Counted from the stretch's first letter, positions 8,912-18,906 are shown. The stretch: DNA of 64,000 bases from Candidatus Marinacidobacterales bacterium (GCA_965226495.1 OZ245365.1:4256001-4320000); one strand, 5' to 3'. Notes: generated from the sequence alone by a model not told the origin. Numbers and translations are program-made.

Positions 8912-10309
8912 ATGAAACTGAATCCCCTCTCAACTCTTGTGCTTTCGCTACTCCTAGTGGCGATAGCGCTTCCGCTCGCGGCCCAGAAAGAAGAGCCGCG
9001 CCATATTCTCATCACCAATGTCGATGTCTTCGACGGGTTCGCCGACAGCCTCCAGCAAGACCGGAACGTGCTCGTCGAAGGCAATATGGTCAAGCAGGTC
9101 TCGTCGAGCGCAATCTCGGCGCCGGGTGCCACGGTGATCGACGGCACCGGCAAGGTGATGACCCCGGGCCTGATCGACATGCATCAGCACGTCATGCTCT
9201 TTCTGCCGGAGGGAACGGCGAGCTATCAGACTCGCTGGGACGACGCCGCGGGCGGCGCAATGGCCGTGCAGGGCATGGAAGAGCATCTCCTAATGAAAGG
9301 ATTCACCACCATCCGTGACATCGCCGGCGATCCGCTGGATCTCGCGAAGGCCATCGACATGGGACTTTTGACCGGACCACGCATCTACTCCTCCGGCGGC
9401 GCCATATCGCAAATCGGTGGCCACGGAGACTGGGCCGGTCGGAACGTTCCGCCGGAACTTCTTAACAGCCACATGGATATGACTCAGCGCACACAAAACA
9501 GCTGGTCTGTGTCCGGGCCAGATGAAGTAACTCAGGCAGTGCGCCACAACTTCCGGCGTGGAGCAGCCTTCATCAAGGTGATGGGCGGCGGTGGTGTCGC
9601 CAGCGAATTCGATCCGCTGGATATCATGGGCATGGCCGCGGACGAGGTAGCGCGAGCTGTGGAGATCGCCGCGGACAATGGTACCTACGTCGCAACCCAC
9701 GCTTACCATGACGCCTCGTATAATCGGCTCATGGACCTTGGAGTAAAGTCGTTCGAGCACGGCTTCCTGGTCACGGAGCCAACGGTCCAGCGTATGGCAT
9801 CGATGGGTCAGGACATCGTCTGGAGCTTCCAGTGCGCCGCCAGCGTCGGGACTTTCGGGAGCTACGAGTCGATGCCTGGCTTCTTTACGCACGAGCAGAA
9901 GCTGAAGGGGGTCCGGGTTGGTGAGGGTGCCCGCAACGCGGCTGCTCTGATGCAAAAGCATAACGTGTTTACGATCAGTGGTTCGGACTATTTCACGGTC
10001 GAGACGCTGCCGCGAGTGAAGGAGTCGATCACCTGCGAAGTCGAACTTGGCTACACGCCGGCCGAGGCACTCAAGCATTGGACCGGTAACGCCGGCATCG
10101 TCCTCAAGTGGTCCGGCCCGAAGGACCCATACCCGACCTACGAGCTCGGAACCATCAAGGAAGGCGCCTGGGCCGATCTTCTGCTCTGGGATGCCAACCC
10201 GCTAGATGACATCAAAGTGATCCTCGACGAGGAGAACCTCGATCTCGTCATGAAGGACGGCGTGATTTACAAGAACACGATCGGCGCGAAGAGTAGCACC
10301 ACCGATTGA
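8912..10309 (+). CDS. Exported amidohydrolase (Xaa-Pro dipeptidase-like)
   Basis: PGLIDMHQH, GFTTIRD, IKVMGGGGVAS, ATHAY, SFEHG, ADLLL; signal peptide. Confidence 0.9.
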   Translation: MKLNPLSTLVLSLLLVAIALPLAAQKEEPRHILITNVDVFDGFADSLQQDRNVLVEGNMVKQVSSSAISAPGATVIDGTGKVMTPGLIDMHQHVMLFLPEGTASYQTRWDDAAGGAMAVQGMEEHLLMKGFTTIRDIAGDPLDLAKAIDMGLLTGPRIYSSGGAISQIGGHGDWAGRNVPPELLNSHMDMTQRTQNSWSVSGPDEVTQAVRHNFRRGAAFIKVMGGGGVASEFDPLDIMGMAADEVARAVEIAADNGTYVATHAYHDASYNRLMDLGVKSFEHGFLVTEPTVQRMASMGQDIVWSFQCAASVGTFGSYESMPGFFTHEQKLKGVRVGEGARNAAALMQKHNVFTISGSDYFTVETLPRVKESITCEVELGYTPAEALKHWTGNAGIVLKWSGPKDPYPTYELGTIKEGAWADLLLWDANPLDDIKVILDEENLDLVMKDGVIYKNTIGAKSSTTD

Positions 10310-11637
10310 GCGTCTTGGAACGACCGCGTTTGAAGAGCCTGCTCGCTCTGTTGGTTCTGGCGTTCCTTCTGACTCCTGCGCCGGTTGTCGCCCAAGCGGA
10401 ATCCGAAGCCGAGTCCGAGAACGACGAGGACCAAGCGTCGAAACCAAAGGATGACGACTCCCGGGAACGAGCCTCTCGTCGGTTCGGCGGCCCCGACCAA
10501 GTCGACAACCAGATGGAAGAGGACGAGGCTTCCGTGAGCCGGGTGATCGAAAAGCGTATTCTCGGACCCTACTTCGATTGGAAGAAGGGAGTGCAGGAGA
10601 AAATTGGTCTCTCGTTCTCGGTCGATTATTCCGCGGCCTACCTCTCGGCGAGCGGCGAACCCGACGAAGATCAAGCAGGCAGCGGGATCGCGCGCTTCTA
10701 CGGCTCCTGGGATCTCGTCGGCCGCGAGTCGGGAAACGCCGGCGCATTCGTCTGGAAGATAGAGCATCGCCACAAGTACACCGCGATTCCCCCGAGCGCC
10801 TTCGGTTTCAACCTGGGATACATCGGACTCATCGAGCCTCCCTTCAGCGACCAAGAGTTCCGTTGGACCAACTTGTACTGGCGTCAGCGGTGGAAGGAGG
10901 GACGAGTCGCCCTGTTCGCGGGGTTTCTAGACGCGACCGACTACTTAGATGTCTACGCCATGGCGAGCCCATGGACCGGGTTTCTCAACTTCGCGTTCAG
11001 TACGGGAACGCTCACGATTCCCGTACCCAACGACGCGACTCTCGGGTTCGCTGCCGGCGGCATGATCTCGAAGAGCCTGTTCCTCATCGGCGGCTTGGTC
11101 GACCGCAACGCGGATCCCACCGATCCCTTCGATGGATTCGAGACCTTCTTTGACGACAACGAGTACTTCAAGTCCATCGAGCTCGGTTGGACGCCTTCCC
11201 AGGATCGCATTTATCTGGACAACGTCCACGTCACGCTGTGGCAGGCCGACGAACGGATGGAGGCCGGCGAGGCAAGCGGCTGGGGCGTCAACTTCTCGTT
11301 CACACGCTTCCTGGCGAAAAAGTGGCTACCGTTCATCCGAGCAGGGTATGCAAAGGATGGCGGCAGCCTCATGCAAAAATCGGTGAGCGTTGGTCTGGGC
11401 TATCAACCGGTGGCCGGGGCCGATGTCCTTGGGGTCGGGTTCAACTGGGGTGAGCCCAACGAAGACACGTTCGGTACCGGCCGCAGGGACCAGTACACCA
11501 CCGAGATATTCTACCGATGGCAGTTGTCGCCTCAGCTCGCCATCACCCCCGATTTCCAGCTCCTGGTCCATCCTGCGCTCGACACGAAGGAAGACAAGGC
11601 TTGGGTGTTCGGTATTCGCGCGCGGCTGGCTCTTTAA
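10306..11637 (+). CDS. Carbohydrate porin (OprB-like)
   Basis: Signal peptide; EIFYRWQL...ITPDFQL...VFGIRARLAL terminal beta-strands. Confidence 0.8.
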   Translation: MSVLERPRLKSLLALLVLAFLLTPAPVVAQAESEAESENDEDQASKPKDDDSRERASRRFGGPDQVDNQMEEDEASVSRVIEKRILGPYFDWKKGVQEKIGLSFSVDYSAAYLSASGEPDEDQAGSGIARFYGSWDLVGRESGNAGAFVWKIEHRHKYTAIPPSAFGFNLGYIGLIEPPFSDQEFRWTNLYWRQRWKEGRVALFAGFLDATDYLDVYAMASPWTGFLNFAFSTGTLTIPVPNDATLGFAAGGMISKSLFLIGGLVDRNADPTDPFDGFETFFDDNEYFKSIELGWTPSQDRIYLDNVHVTLWQADERMEAGEASGWGVNFSFTRFLAKKWLPFIRAGYAKDGGSLMQKSVSVGLGYQPVAGADVLGVGFNWGEPNEDTFGTGRRDQYTTEIFYRWQLSPQLAITPDFQLLVHPALDTKEDKAWVFGIRARLAL

Positions 11638-11688
11638 GAGAGGGCCGTCGCGAAAAATCAAATTCATTGCTACCAGGGAGGGCTACTC

Positions 11689-11967
11689 GTGAATCGTGAG
11701 AAGCTGCGCATTGTGACCATTATGTTGATGTTGGCCGGGTTCACCGGCATGGCGAGTGCGGGAGAAGATGTGTTGGTCCTCAAGAACGGCGACCACCTGA
11801 CGGGGGAGATCAAGAAGCTCGTCGGCGGTGACATCCACATCGACGCCGACTATGGAGAGAACATTTTCATCATCGACTGGGGGGAGGGATTCTCCCAACG
11901 GCTCGAGCAGCAAAGCCGAACAAGCGGCGACCAGCACGATTCCCGCGCTTGCCTTCTTCCCAGGTAG
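11689..11967 (+). pseudogene. Truncated N-terminal fragment of a DUF481-type outer-membrane protein
   Basis: Signal peptide plus DVLVLKNGDHLTGEIKKL...IDW; similarity is lost at ~11885 and no barrel follows. Confidence 0.6.
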
Positions 11968-12081
11968 TCCGGGATCAAAGAAAAAGTTCCGCAGTGTTCC
12001 GGCTCGCTCCTCACCAAGGCGCAGCCGACTTCATAAGGCACGTACATCCATTGGTGCTACTCCCAACCTGTATATATGTGT

Positions 12082-12555
12082 TTAGTGGAAAACGACGGGT
12101 TGCTTAACCCTTGGAACGCCTATGCCCGCGGTGGCCGCCGCGATGCCCTCGGCGAGCTCGGGATAGTGGGACCACGTCCATGGGTTGGTATCGCGCCAAG
12201 CTTCGACGAAACCGCCGGCTTCCATTAGCGAATAGACTGGCACCATCGCGTCCGATAGCTCTCTATCGTAAACGGTGAGAAGCTCCGGTTCCTCTTTGCA
12301 GAGCAAGTCAAGGGCAAGGGCAACGGGAGCTACTTCTTCAGAAAGAAGTGAGAAAGGAGCTGCGATCGCGAGGTAGACGAAATCCGGTCTTCCCGCCCAG
12401 CGCGCGCGTGACTCGAGCGTCCCCGCGAGCCATGCGTTGGGGTCGCGCTCCGGCCAAACTGTCTTGTTAAAGGTGAAGCCAACTTCGGTCTGCGAAACGG
12501 ACAAGACCCCTTCCGCAGCCTTCAAGATTCGATTCTTGTCTTGGGTGGATATCAA
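12082..12555 (-). CDS. Hypothetical protein (157 aa), probably sigma54-controlled
   Basis: TTG start preceded by strong RBS GAGGAGGAGG and a consensus -24/-12 promoter; no family recognised. Confidence 0.65.
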   Translation of the reverse strand: MISTQDKNRILKAAEGVLSVSQTEVGFTFNKTVWPERDPNAWLAGTLESRARWAGRPDFVYLAIAAPFSLLSEEVAPVALALDLLCKEEPELLTVYDRELSDAMVPVYSLMEAGGFVEAWRDTNPWTWSHYPELAEGIAAATAGIGVPRVKQPVVFH

Positions 12556-12582
12556 TGGTGCCTCCTCCTCAATACGTGGAAG

Positions 12583-12598
12583 AGCAAGTCACGTGCCA
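12583..12598 (-). promoter_or_regulatory. sigma54 (-24/-12) promoter
   Basis: Minus strand TGGCACGTGACTTGCT, an exact TGGCAC-N5-TTGCW match. Confidence 0.8.
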
Positions 12599-12793
12599 AA
12601 AACAAAGATGCGTCGGTTCAGTCATTTAGTCCATTCGGTCCGCTCGGAGCTAACCGATGAGATAGCTCCGGCTATCCCATCGGTGAGCTTTTTGGCAAGG
12701 GAGTTGCCTCCAGCGAGTCTTTGCTGCAAGCTATTGGGGCGGGGGTTGATAATCCCGCTTTCCATCATCAAAGTCAAAGGGGTGCGCGCCACA

Positions 12794-14344
12794 ATGAAGG
12801 TTCGTGAGTTTCTGGATCCACGTCGTCCATCTGGAATCAGCTTAGTTTTCACACTGTCCCTCGGGGTGGCGTTGGCCGCCTGCGGAGGAAAGAAAGAGGT
12901 CGAGGCTCCCTCGCCGACCCCCACATCGCAGGCTGGCAGGACGCCTCAGCGCAGCTCAGAAACCTCACCGCCCACGCCCTCTCAAGAAGTCCAAACGCTC
13001 TATCGAGGGCTTGACCAGGTAGACGATGAGTTCGGAACGATCCTCGAGCGGCTATCTGCCGGCGAGACAGTCGGGGACGAGGAGCTCGTCAGGCTCGGGC
13101 AGCGTCTCCAGGCGGGCGCTCGCCTGTGCGCGGAGACGGAAGGTTGCGACACCCTCCGATTCCTCGATGTCATGAGCCGCCTCGTTGAGGAACAAAACGT
13201 GGCTCTCGTCGACCAGGCTTCGCAACTGGAGACTCTGAGCAAGGAAGTGGACGCGTTCGATGAAGATCTCTCGCTCGAGTCTGGAACTTCTCCCATCGTG
13301 AACGCGATGCCGGATCTCGGTGACACCGTGTCCCTACTTCGCGGCAGCGACCTTCGCGAGATGATCCATCTAAACGGACCGGTCAAAGCCGCGCTCGATG
13401 ACTGGCTCACTTGGAACCGTCCGATGCTAATGAACTCCTACGAGTACTACCAATACCTCAGCGAAAAGATCGCGCCCATCTATGAGGAGGCAGGGCTGCC
13501 AGAAGCCTTGCTCTTCGCGATGATCGCCACCGAGACCGGTGGAAGAGCCCATTCCTATTCGCACGCCGGTGCTGCCGGTCTTCTCCAATTCATCCGTTCG
13601 ACCGGAAAACGCTACGGACTCCGAGAAGTGGATGGCTTCGACATGCGGCTCGATCCCGAGGCCGCTACGCGGGCCAACGTCGCCTACCTCAACGATCAAT
13701 TCGAAGTCTTGAATGACAATCTCGAGTTGACACTAGCCGCTTACAACGGCGGCGAGTACCGCATGAGGCGCCTGCAACGCCGGTACAAAACGGGCTTTTG
13801 GGATCAACAGGTGTATTACCGCGTGCCCAAGGAAACACGTGAGTATGTACCTCGCATTCTCGCGGCAGCGTGGCTCTTTCTTCACCCCGAGGATTACAAC
13901 CTCGAGTTCCCTGTCTTCGAAAACGAGCTGACCGAGCTCGTCCTTAAAAGGGATGCCTCTCTCGGGGAGCTCACGATTTGCCTAGGTCAGGTCGATAGCC
14001 GCAACGGGTGGTTTCGCACCCTTCGAAACCTAAACCCTCGCCTCAGGCCCGGGGAACGGGCCGAAGCCGGCGATATCATCACCCTCCCGAAACTGCTCGA
14101 GCCTTACTACGAGGAACGATGTGTTCAGGGACGTTTGGTCGAGGCGGCGTTCGAGCTCCATGAAGCCAACTATCCCTACGGCAAGATGGACGTCTACGTT
14201 GTCCGCAAAGGCGACACGTTGGGACGTATCGCCTCCCGTTATCGGTGTGTCACCACTAAAGGGCTCGCCGAGACCAACAATGTGCGCGCCCCCCGATACC
14301 TTATTAGAGTGGGACAGCAATTGAGGATCCCCGGCTGCTCGTAA
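12794..14344 (+). CDS. MltD-like lytic transglycosylase lipoprotein (SLT plus LysM)
   Basis: Lipobox LAAC; ET..., AGAAGLLQF, LAAYNGGE, ETREYVP; C-terminal LysM YVVRKGDTLGRIA. Confidence 0.9.
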   Translation: MKVREFLDPRRPSGISLVFTLSLGVALAACGGKKEVEAPSPTPTSQAGRTPQRSSETSPPTPSQEVQTLYRGLDQVDDEFGTILERLSAGETVGDEELVRLGQRLQAGARLCAETEGCDTLRFLDVMSRLVEEQNVALVDQASQLETLSKEVDAFDEDLSLESGTSPIVNAMPDLGDTVSLLRGSDLREMIHLNGPVKAALDDWLTWNRPMLMNSYEYYQYLSEKIAPIYEEAGLPEALLFAMIATETGGRAHSYSHAGAAGLLQFIRSTGKRYGLREVDGFDMRLDPEAATRANVAYLNDQFEVLNDNLELTLAAYNGGEYRMRRLQRRYKTGFWDQQVYYRVPKETREYVPRILAAAWLFLHPEDYNLEFPVFENELTELVLKRDASLGELTICLGQVDSRNGWFRTLRNLNPRLRPGERAEAGDIITLPKLLEPYYEERCVQGRLVEAAFELHEANYPYGKMDVYVVRKGDTLGRIASRYRCVTTKGLAETNNVRAPRYLIRVGQQLRIPGCS

Positions 14345-14585
14345 GGGGCACCCCCTGGGTTTTTTCGAAAAAAACTCTCGACAAAACCAAAAATTTCGGC
14401 ACAATCTGGGCCATCCAATGAATTATTAGCTCCCTAGGCGGGAGCCTATGCGGGGTCTGGGGGTACGCCGATGCCCAAACTGGCCCAGGTTCACAGTAAG
14501 CTGCGCCATAAAACCGCTTTCACGCGTCGTCCCGGAGAGGCCGGGACGCGCGGGTCTCCCTGCGTTACCAGTCCGTTTCCCTCGG

Positions 14586-14617
14586 CCCTCACCCTACCCT
14601 CTCCCAGAGGGAGAGGG
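14586..14617 (+). repeat. REP-like palindromic element
   Basis: CCCTCACCCTACCCTCTCCCAGAGGGAGAGGG; related copies in reverse orientation at 61.7-61.9 kb. Confidence 0.75.
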
Positions 14618-14657
14618 AATAAAGGAAGGAAGCCAACCTTGATTTCGCGGAGGCCCC

Positions 14658-15588
14658 TTGTCCGACTCTGAGAACAAGCCCTTGGGGCCGGACCGATTCA
14701 ACGAGTTGCCCGATTGGGAAGGCGACCTCTTCGAATGGGGAGTCTGGAACTCTTCCGATAAGACTTCAGAGCGAGAAGGCCTCCCCTCCCACTACAAGAT
14801 GCGGCACGACGCTCATTACGTCGATGAGCTCCTTTCGGAGAAGCGAGCCCGGCAGGTGATACTGATAGCGACCAAGGACATCACCGCGACCGTGGACGAA
14901 GGCTGGAACGTCGAACCGCTCGCTGACTCACTCACCGAGTTCGGTATCCTCCAACCGTTGCTCGTAAGACGAACCCGCGGGCGCCAAACGGTTGCTGAGG
15001 GACAGCACGGCGGGGAGTCGGGACCGGGTCGCGAACGATCTCATCCGCACCGAAGCTCAGCGGGCGACCCGATTGGCTTGGGCTGCGACACTCATTAGCT
15101 ATGCACCGGCTTTGAACCCTACCGAATTCGACGCCGCCGACGTCTTGGAAGAAGTGTTGAGCTCATGCGGCGAAGAGCGAACCCTCGCGGGGTTGAAGCT
15201 CGACAAACGCATCCAGTCGCGGTGTGAAGTGAAGGCCGACCGAATGCTGTTCGCGACTGCAGTGAGAGGCGCGGTGGACACAATTCTTCCACTCGCCCGC
15301 TCTCGCCAAGCCGCGACACTCGCCGTGAGCCTCGCGCACCACAAACCATCTCGCTCGATCGTGTTGCAGGTGTCGCAAGACGCTCTTCGTCCAGCCGATA
15401 GCGTCTGGAACCGTTGGTTCGATCTACGATGGCGTGATCGGCCGGGCGGATTCGCATCCGGCGTGGGTCTTCTCGCAGCGAAACGCGTCATCGAGCTTCA
15501 CGGTGGTCGCCTAGCCATCGCACCGACACAGGGGCTCGGCTGTCGCATCGCGTTGTCCTTCCCCGAGGGCAGAGCTCCCGCTCCCTGA
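14658..15588 (+). pseudogene. ParB-N domain / degenerate HATPase fusion, split by a frame change near 14985
   Basis: First ORF has LADSLTEFGILQPLLVRR (ParB box) then breaks. A second frame carries GVGLLAAKRVIELHGGRL...GCRIALSFP (HATPase C-terminus). Confidence 0.6.
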
Positions 15589-15705
15589 ACGACTCGTTCC
15601 CTGCTCTCACCCCATACAAATGCATCATGGCTCCCTTCTAGGCATTGCGTTATGCTATGCCCCCCTTTGTAGGAAGCCTGGGGGACAGAAAGCGAGCACA
15701 AGACA

Positions 15706-16092
15706 TTGACTCGTCCGCAGCAGTACTCGATGGTCTTGCTCCTCGGCGGCTTGGTCGCGGCGGCCGGTTGTGCTGGGAAGACCATCAACGACATCCTCGC
15801 CGACCCGCAGCGCTACGCCAATCAGGACGTCGAGGTAACCGGCAATGTGGTCGAAAGCTTCTCTGTTGTCGGTAAGGGTTTTTACCGCATCGACGACGAA
15901 ACCGGGAAACTTTGGATCTATTCATCCAAGGGGGTACCCCGGAAGGGGGCGCGAGTCAGCGTTAAGGGGAAGATCCGCGATGGATTCGATTTCGGCGCGC
16001 TGGGTGAGATCATCCCTTTGCCCGAACCGGTCAAGGAGCGGATCGAGAACGGTCTATTAATGATCGAGTCCTCTCACAAGGCAAAGAATTAG
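15706..16092 (+). CDS. OB-fold lipoprotein
   Basis: Lipobox AAGC; TINDILADPQRY..VEVTGNV...IDDETGKLW. Confidence 0.7.
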   Translation: MTRPQQYSMVLLLGGLVAAAGCAGKTINDILADPQRYANQDVEVTGNVVESFSVVGKGFYRIDDETGKLWIYSSKGVPRKGARVSVKGKIRDGFDFGALGEIIPLPEPVKERIENGLLMIESSHKAKN

Positions 16093-16138
16093 CTGGACTA
16101 CCTGAAACAGATCATTTCATTGAAGGAGGGTTAGACTC

Positions 16139-16339
16139 ATGGCAGTCATCAAAGTCATCGAAGTATTGGGAACCTCGGACAAATCATGGGAGGACGCCGC
16201 CGAGAAAGCGCTTAAGGGTGCGCACGACAGCATCCGCAACATCACCGGGCTCGACATCGTCTCTCAGACCGCCAAGGTCAAAGATGGAAAGATCTCGGAG
16301 TACCACACGACATGCAAGGTGGCCTTCAAGATCGATTAG
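16139..16339 (+). CDS. Dodecin family protein
   Basis: KVIEVLGTSDKSWEDAA...IRNI...CKVAFKI; RBS GAAGGAGG. Confidence 0.9.
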   Translation: MAVIKVIEVLGTSDKSWEDAAEKALKGAHDSIRNITGLDIVSQTAKVKDGKISEYHTTCKVAFKID

Positions 16340-16411
16340 ACGAAGCATCCGGGGCATTCATTCGAACTTCGTAGCGTGTGAGAAAATCGAGGGTTCTAGA
16401 AAGGGGTAGGT

Positions 16412-17225
16412 ATGCGTTGGAGAAAGCGTGAACGGAGCTCCAACCTTGAAGACCGCCGCTCTCAAACCGGTCGTCGACTCGGTGGGGGCCGTGGGATGGG
16501 GTTGGGCGGCCTTCTCATCATCTTGGCATTGAGCTTCCTATTCAAGGAAAATTTCTTCGCTCTGCTCGGGCCTGCCCTTGAAACCGCGCCGGCCCCCGGT
16601 GGTGCTTCGGCCCCTCAGTCAACCCAAGCCTCCCCCGAAGAAGAGGAGCTCGTCGATTTCATGTCGTTCGTCCTCGACGACACACAGGCCACTTGGTCGC
16701 AGCTCCTGGCGAGCTCCGGTGGCTACCGACCCGCCCGGATGGTGCTCTTTCGGGGTGCGGTCCAATCGGCGTGTGGCTTCGCGCAATCCGCGACCGGGCC
16801 CTTCTATTGTCCCGGTGACGTTTCGGCGCGCCGGGAGACTTCGCGCAGGCTTACGTCATCGCACACGAGATCGGACACCACGTCCAGACGCTTCTAGGCG
16901 TCGAGGACCAAGTGCGCCAAGCTCAGGGGGCGCGGCCCGGTCAAGCCAACCAGCTCTCGGTGCTCATGGAGCTGCAAGCCGACTGCTTCGCGGGCGTTTG
17001 GGGCCATTCCACGGCACAGCGGGGCATCCTCGAGGGCGGCGATGTCGAAGAAGGTCTCAACGCCGCGGCCGCCATCGGTGACGATCGTATCCAGCAAATG
17101 TCGAGGGGGCACGTCATGCCCGAATCCTTCACTCACGGCTCCTCGGAGCACGCGTCCGCTGGTTCCGGCGCGGCTTAGAATCGGGGCGTCCCGAAGACTG
17201 CGATACCTTCTCCGCCGACCGATAG
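16412..17225 (+). pseudogene. YpfJ-like neutral zinc metallopeptidase broken by a deletion (~16820) and a 1-nt frameshift (~17150)
   Basis: SSNLEDRR; GPFYCPGD jumps directly to [22 protein letters not shown] in another frame; ELQADCFAG; HGSSE then [12 protein letters not shown] in a third frame. Confidence 0.85.
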
Positions 17226-17244
17226 ATCCGACCCGAGACAAGTC

Positions 17245-17985
17245 ATGCGTATTTACAACTACACCAACTTTCCACTTCATATGGACCAGGAGGACTTCGA
17301 GCGGTTTCCCGAGGCAACCCGGGTGGGCGAACCGGCTCCCGAAGGAAAGCTGATCGAGGCCGCCGATGGTCGTGAGGTGCGCCTATCCGAATGTTGGAGC
17401 AACGGTCCCGCGGTGATCGAGTTCGGCTCTATCACCTGACCCTTCTGCGGGCTGGCGGCGCCGGCCCTCGAGCCCATGGCGAAGGAGTTCGCCGAGCACG
17501 GCATACGATTCGTCTTCGTCTACACCCGTGAAGCACACCCGGGGGACAACTATCCCTGTCACCAGAGCGTCGAGCAGAAGATATCTCACGCCCGCGACAT
17601 GGTCCGCTACTGGAATTTCGAAAGAGCCATGCTAGTAGACGACTTGGAGGGTACCCTCCATCACGCCTACGGCCGGCTTCCCAACATGACCTATATCGTC
17701 AACGCCGCCGGGAACATCCTGTACCGGGCGAACTGGACGGATCCCCGTTCGATCCGCATGGCGCTTGAGCAGATCCTATTCGAGCGAGCAGAGCGCCGCG
17801 CTAAGAGACGAACCACGCCCTACTACGTCGAGTGGATGCCGCAGCGACACAACGACCAAATCCCGTTCATGGAAGGCTTGGTGATGGTAGGTCCGCAGGC
17901 CATCGAGGATTACATCAACGCAACCGTCCACATGGACGGCGAGGCCGCGGCGAACGTTCTGCGTAAATGGCGCGATGACAGATGA
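17245..17985 (+). CDS. Iodothyronine deiodinase-like selenoprotein (Sec at TGA 17437-17439), 246 aa
   Basis: ORFs 17245-17439 and 17476-17985 are in one frame. Read-through gives VIEFGSIT-U-PFC...FVFVYTREAHPGD. GC hairpin begins 9 nt after the UGA. Confidence 0.85.
17449..17467 (+). promoter_or_regulatory. Candidate bacterial SECIS hairpin
   Basis: GGGCTGGC-GGC-GCCGGCCC; G-containing loop about 17 nt after the UGA. Confidence 0.6.
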
Positions 17986-18010
17986 TTTCCGCAGACTCGT
18001 CGTCCGACAT

Positions 18011-18412
18011 CTACCGAATGTAGTAGCCAGAGACCCGCCACGTGCCGTCGGGATCGAGCATCGGCGTCACGGTCTCCACGGCAGCGGCCTTGTTCTAGAA
18101 CACGGAGTCGAATTGAATCAGGACGTATTGGCCGTCAGGCGCTCCAGGCAGCTGTTCTGTGTACTGCCGGGACTTCAGTTTGCGGGACACAAGCGGGCCA
18201 AGAGGCTTTCGCACGCCTGATGCCGCCTGCTGCCACTGCTCCTTGGTCACAGCGCTCTTGAATAGCTCTGCCGCCTGTTCCCAGGACTCTTCATATTGCT
18301 CGTTGTCCACTAATGCCTCTGCGGCTGTCTGTGCTGCGTCTTCAGGCTCCTGCGCCCAGGACGCCCCAGCCACGACGGCTAAGCAGACCATAACGCTCCC
18401 CAGCTTGTGCAT
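18011..18412 (-). pseudogene. DUF4019 family exported protein with in-frame TAG at 18095-18097
   Basis: [45 protein letters not shown]: the family-type C-terminus continues in frame past the TAG. Confidence 0.8.
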
Positions 18413-18541
18413 CGTGACGATCCCTCCCTCTCTCCTACCAAGCATCGGTTCCCGAGTCCGTCTAACGGGAATATCAGGTTACCAACAACATCTTAAGGCG
18501 AGTGTGCCCCGAACGGAAGTCGATGAACGGCGGAACTCTTC

Positions 18542-18871
18542 TCACGCCCGCGGACCCCAAAGAATGACGGCCGCACCGAGCAGACAAATGAGCGCCCCCG
18601 CTATGTCCCACTTGTCGGGCCAGATGCCTTCGACGATCCATAGCCACAGGAGGGAACTGGCAATGTAGACACCTCCATACGCCGCGAACGCGCGACCCGC
18701 ATAGGCCGACTCCACCCGGGTCAGACAGACGGCGAAAAGCATCAGACTTCCCATTCCAGCCACGGTCCACCAAGGCGTACGCCCGAGGCGAAGCCAGGCC
18801 CAAAACGCGAAGCACCCCGCGATCTCGAAGAAAGCGGCGAGCACGAAAAAACCGCTGGTGGGAAGCCTCAT
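18542..18871 (-). CDS. ynfA: YnfA/UPF0060 membrane protein
   Basis: AAFFEIAGC...[13 protein letters not shown]...PDKWD. Confidence 0.9.
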   Translation of the reverse strand: MRLPTSGFFVLAAFFEIAGCFAFWAWLRLGRTPWWTVAGMGSLMLFAVCLTRVESAYAGRAFAAYGGVYIASSLLWLWIVEGIWPDKWDIAGALICLLGAAVILWGPRA

Positions 18872-18906
18872 TGCAGGCGAGGATACCAAAAAAGATCAAA
18901 TAAAGG

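Noticed and set aside
12437-12793. Long N-terminal extension of the transglycosylase ORF
   Set aside because: It overlaps the divergent gene and its sigma54 promoter; the lipoprotein signal follows ATG 12794.
17975-18220. 81-aa plus-strand ORF overlapping the selenoprotein end
   Set aside because: Antisense shadow of the DUF4019 gene.
18455-18541. Possible integron attC (GTTAGAC on the minus strand between ynfA and DUF4019)
   Set aside because: No matching RYYYAAC box or long hairpin at proper spacing; no integrase in the window.
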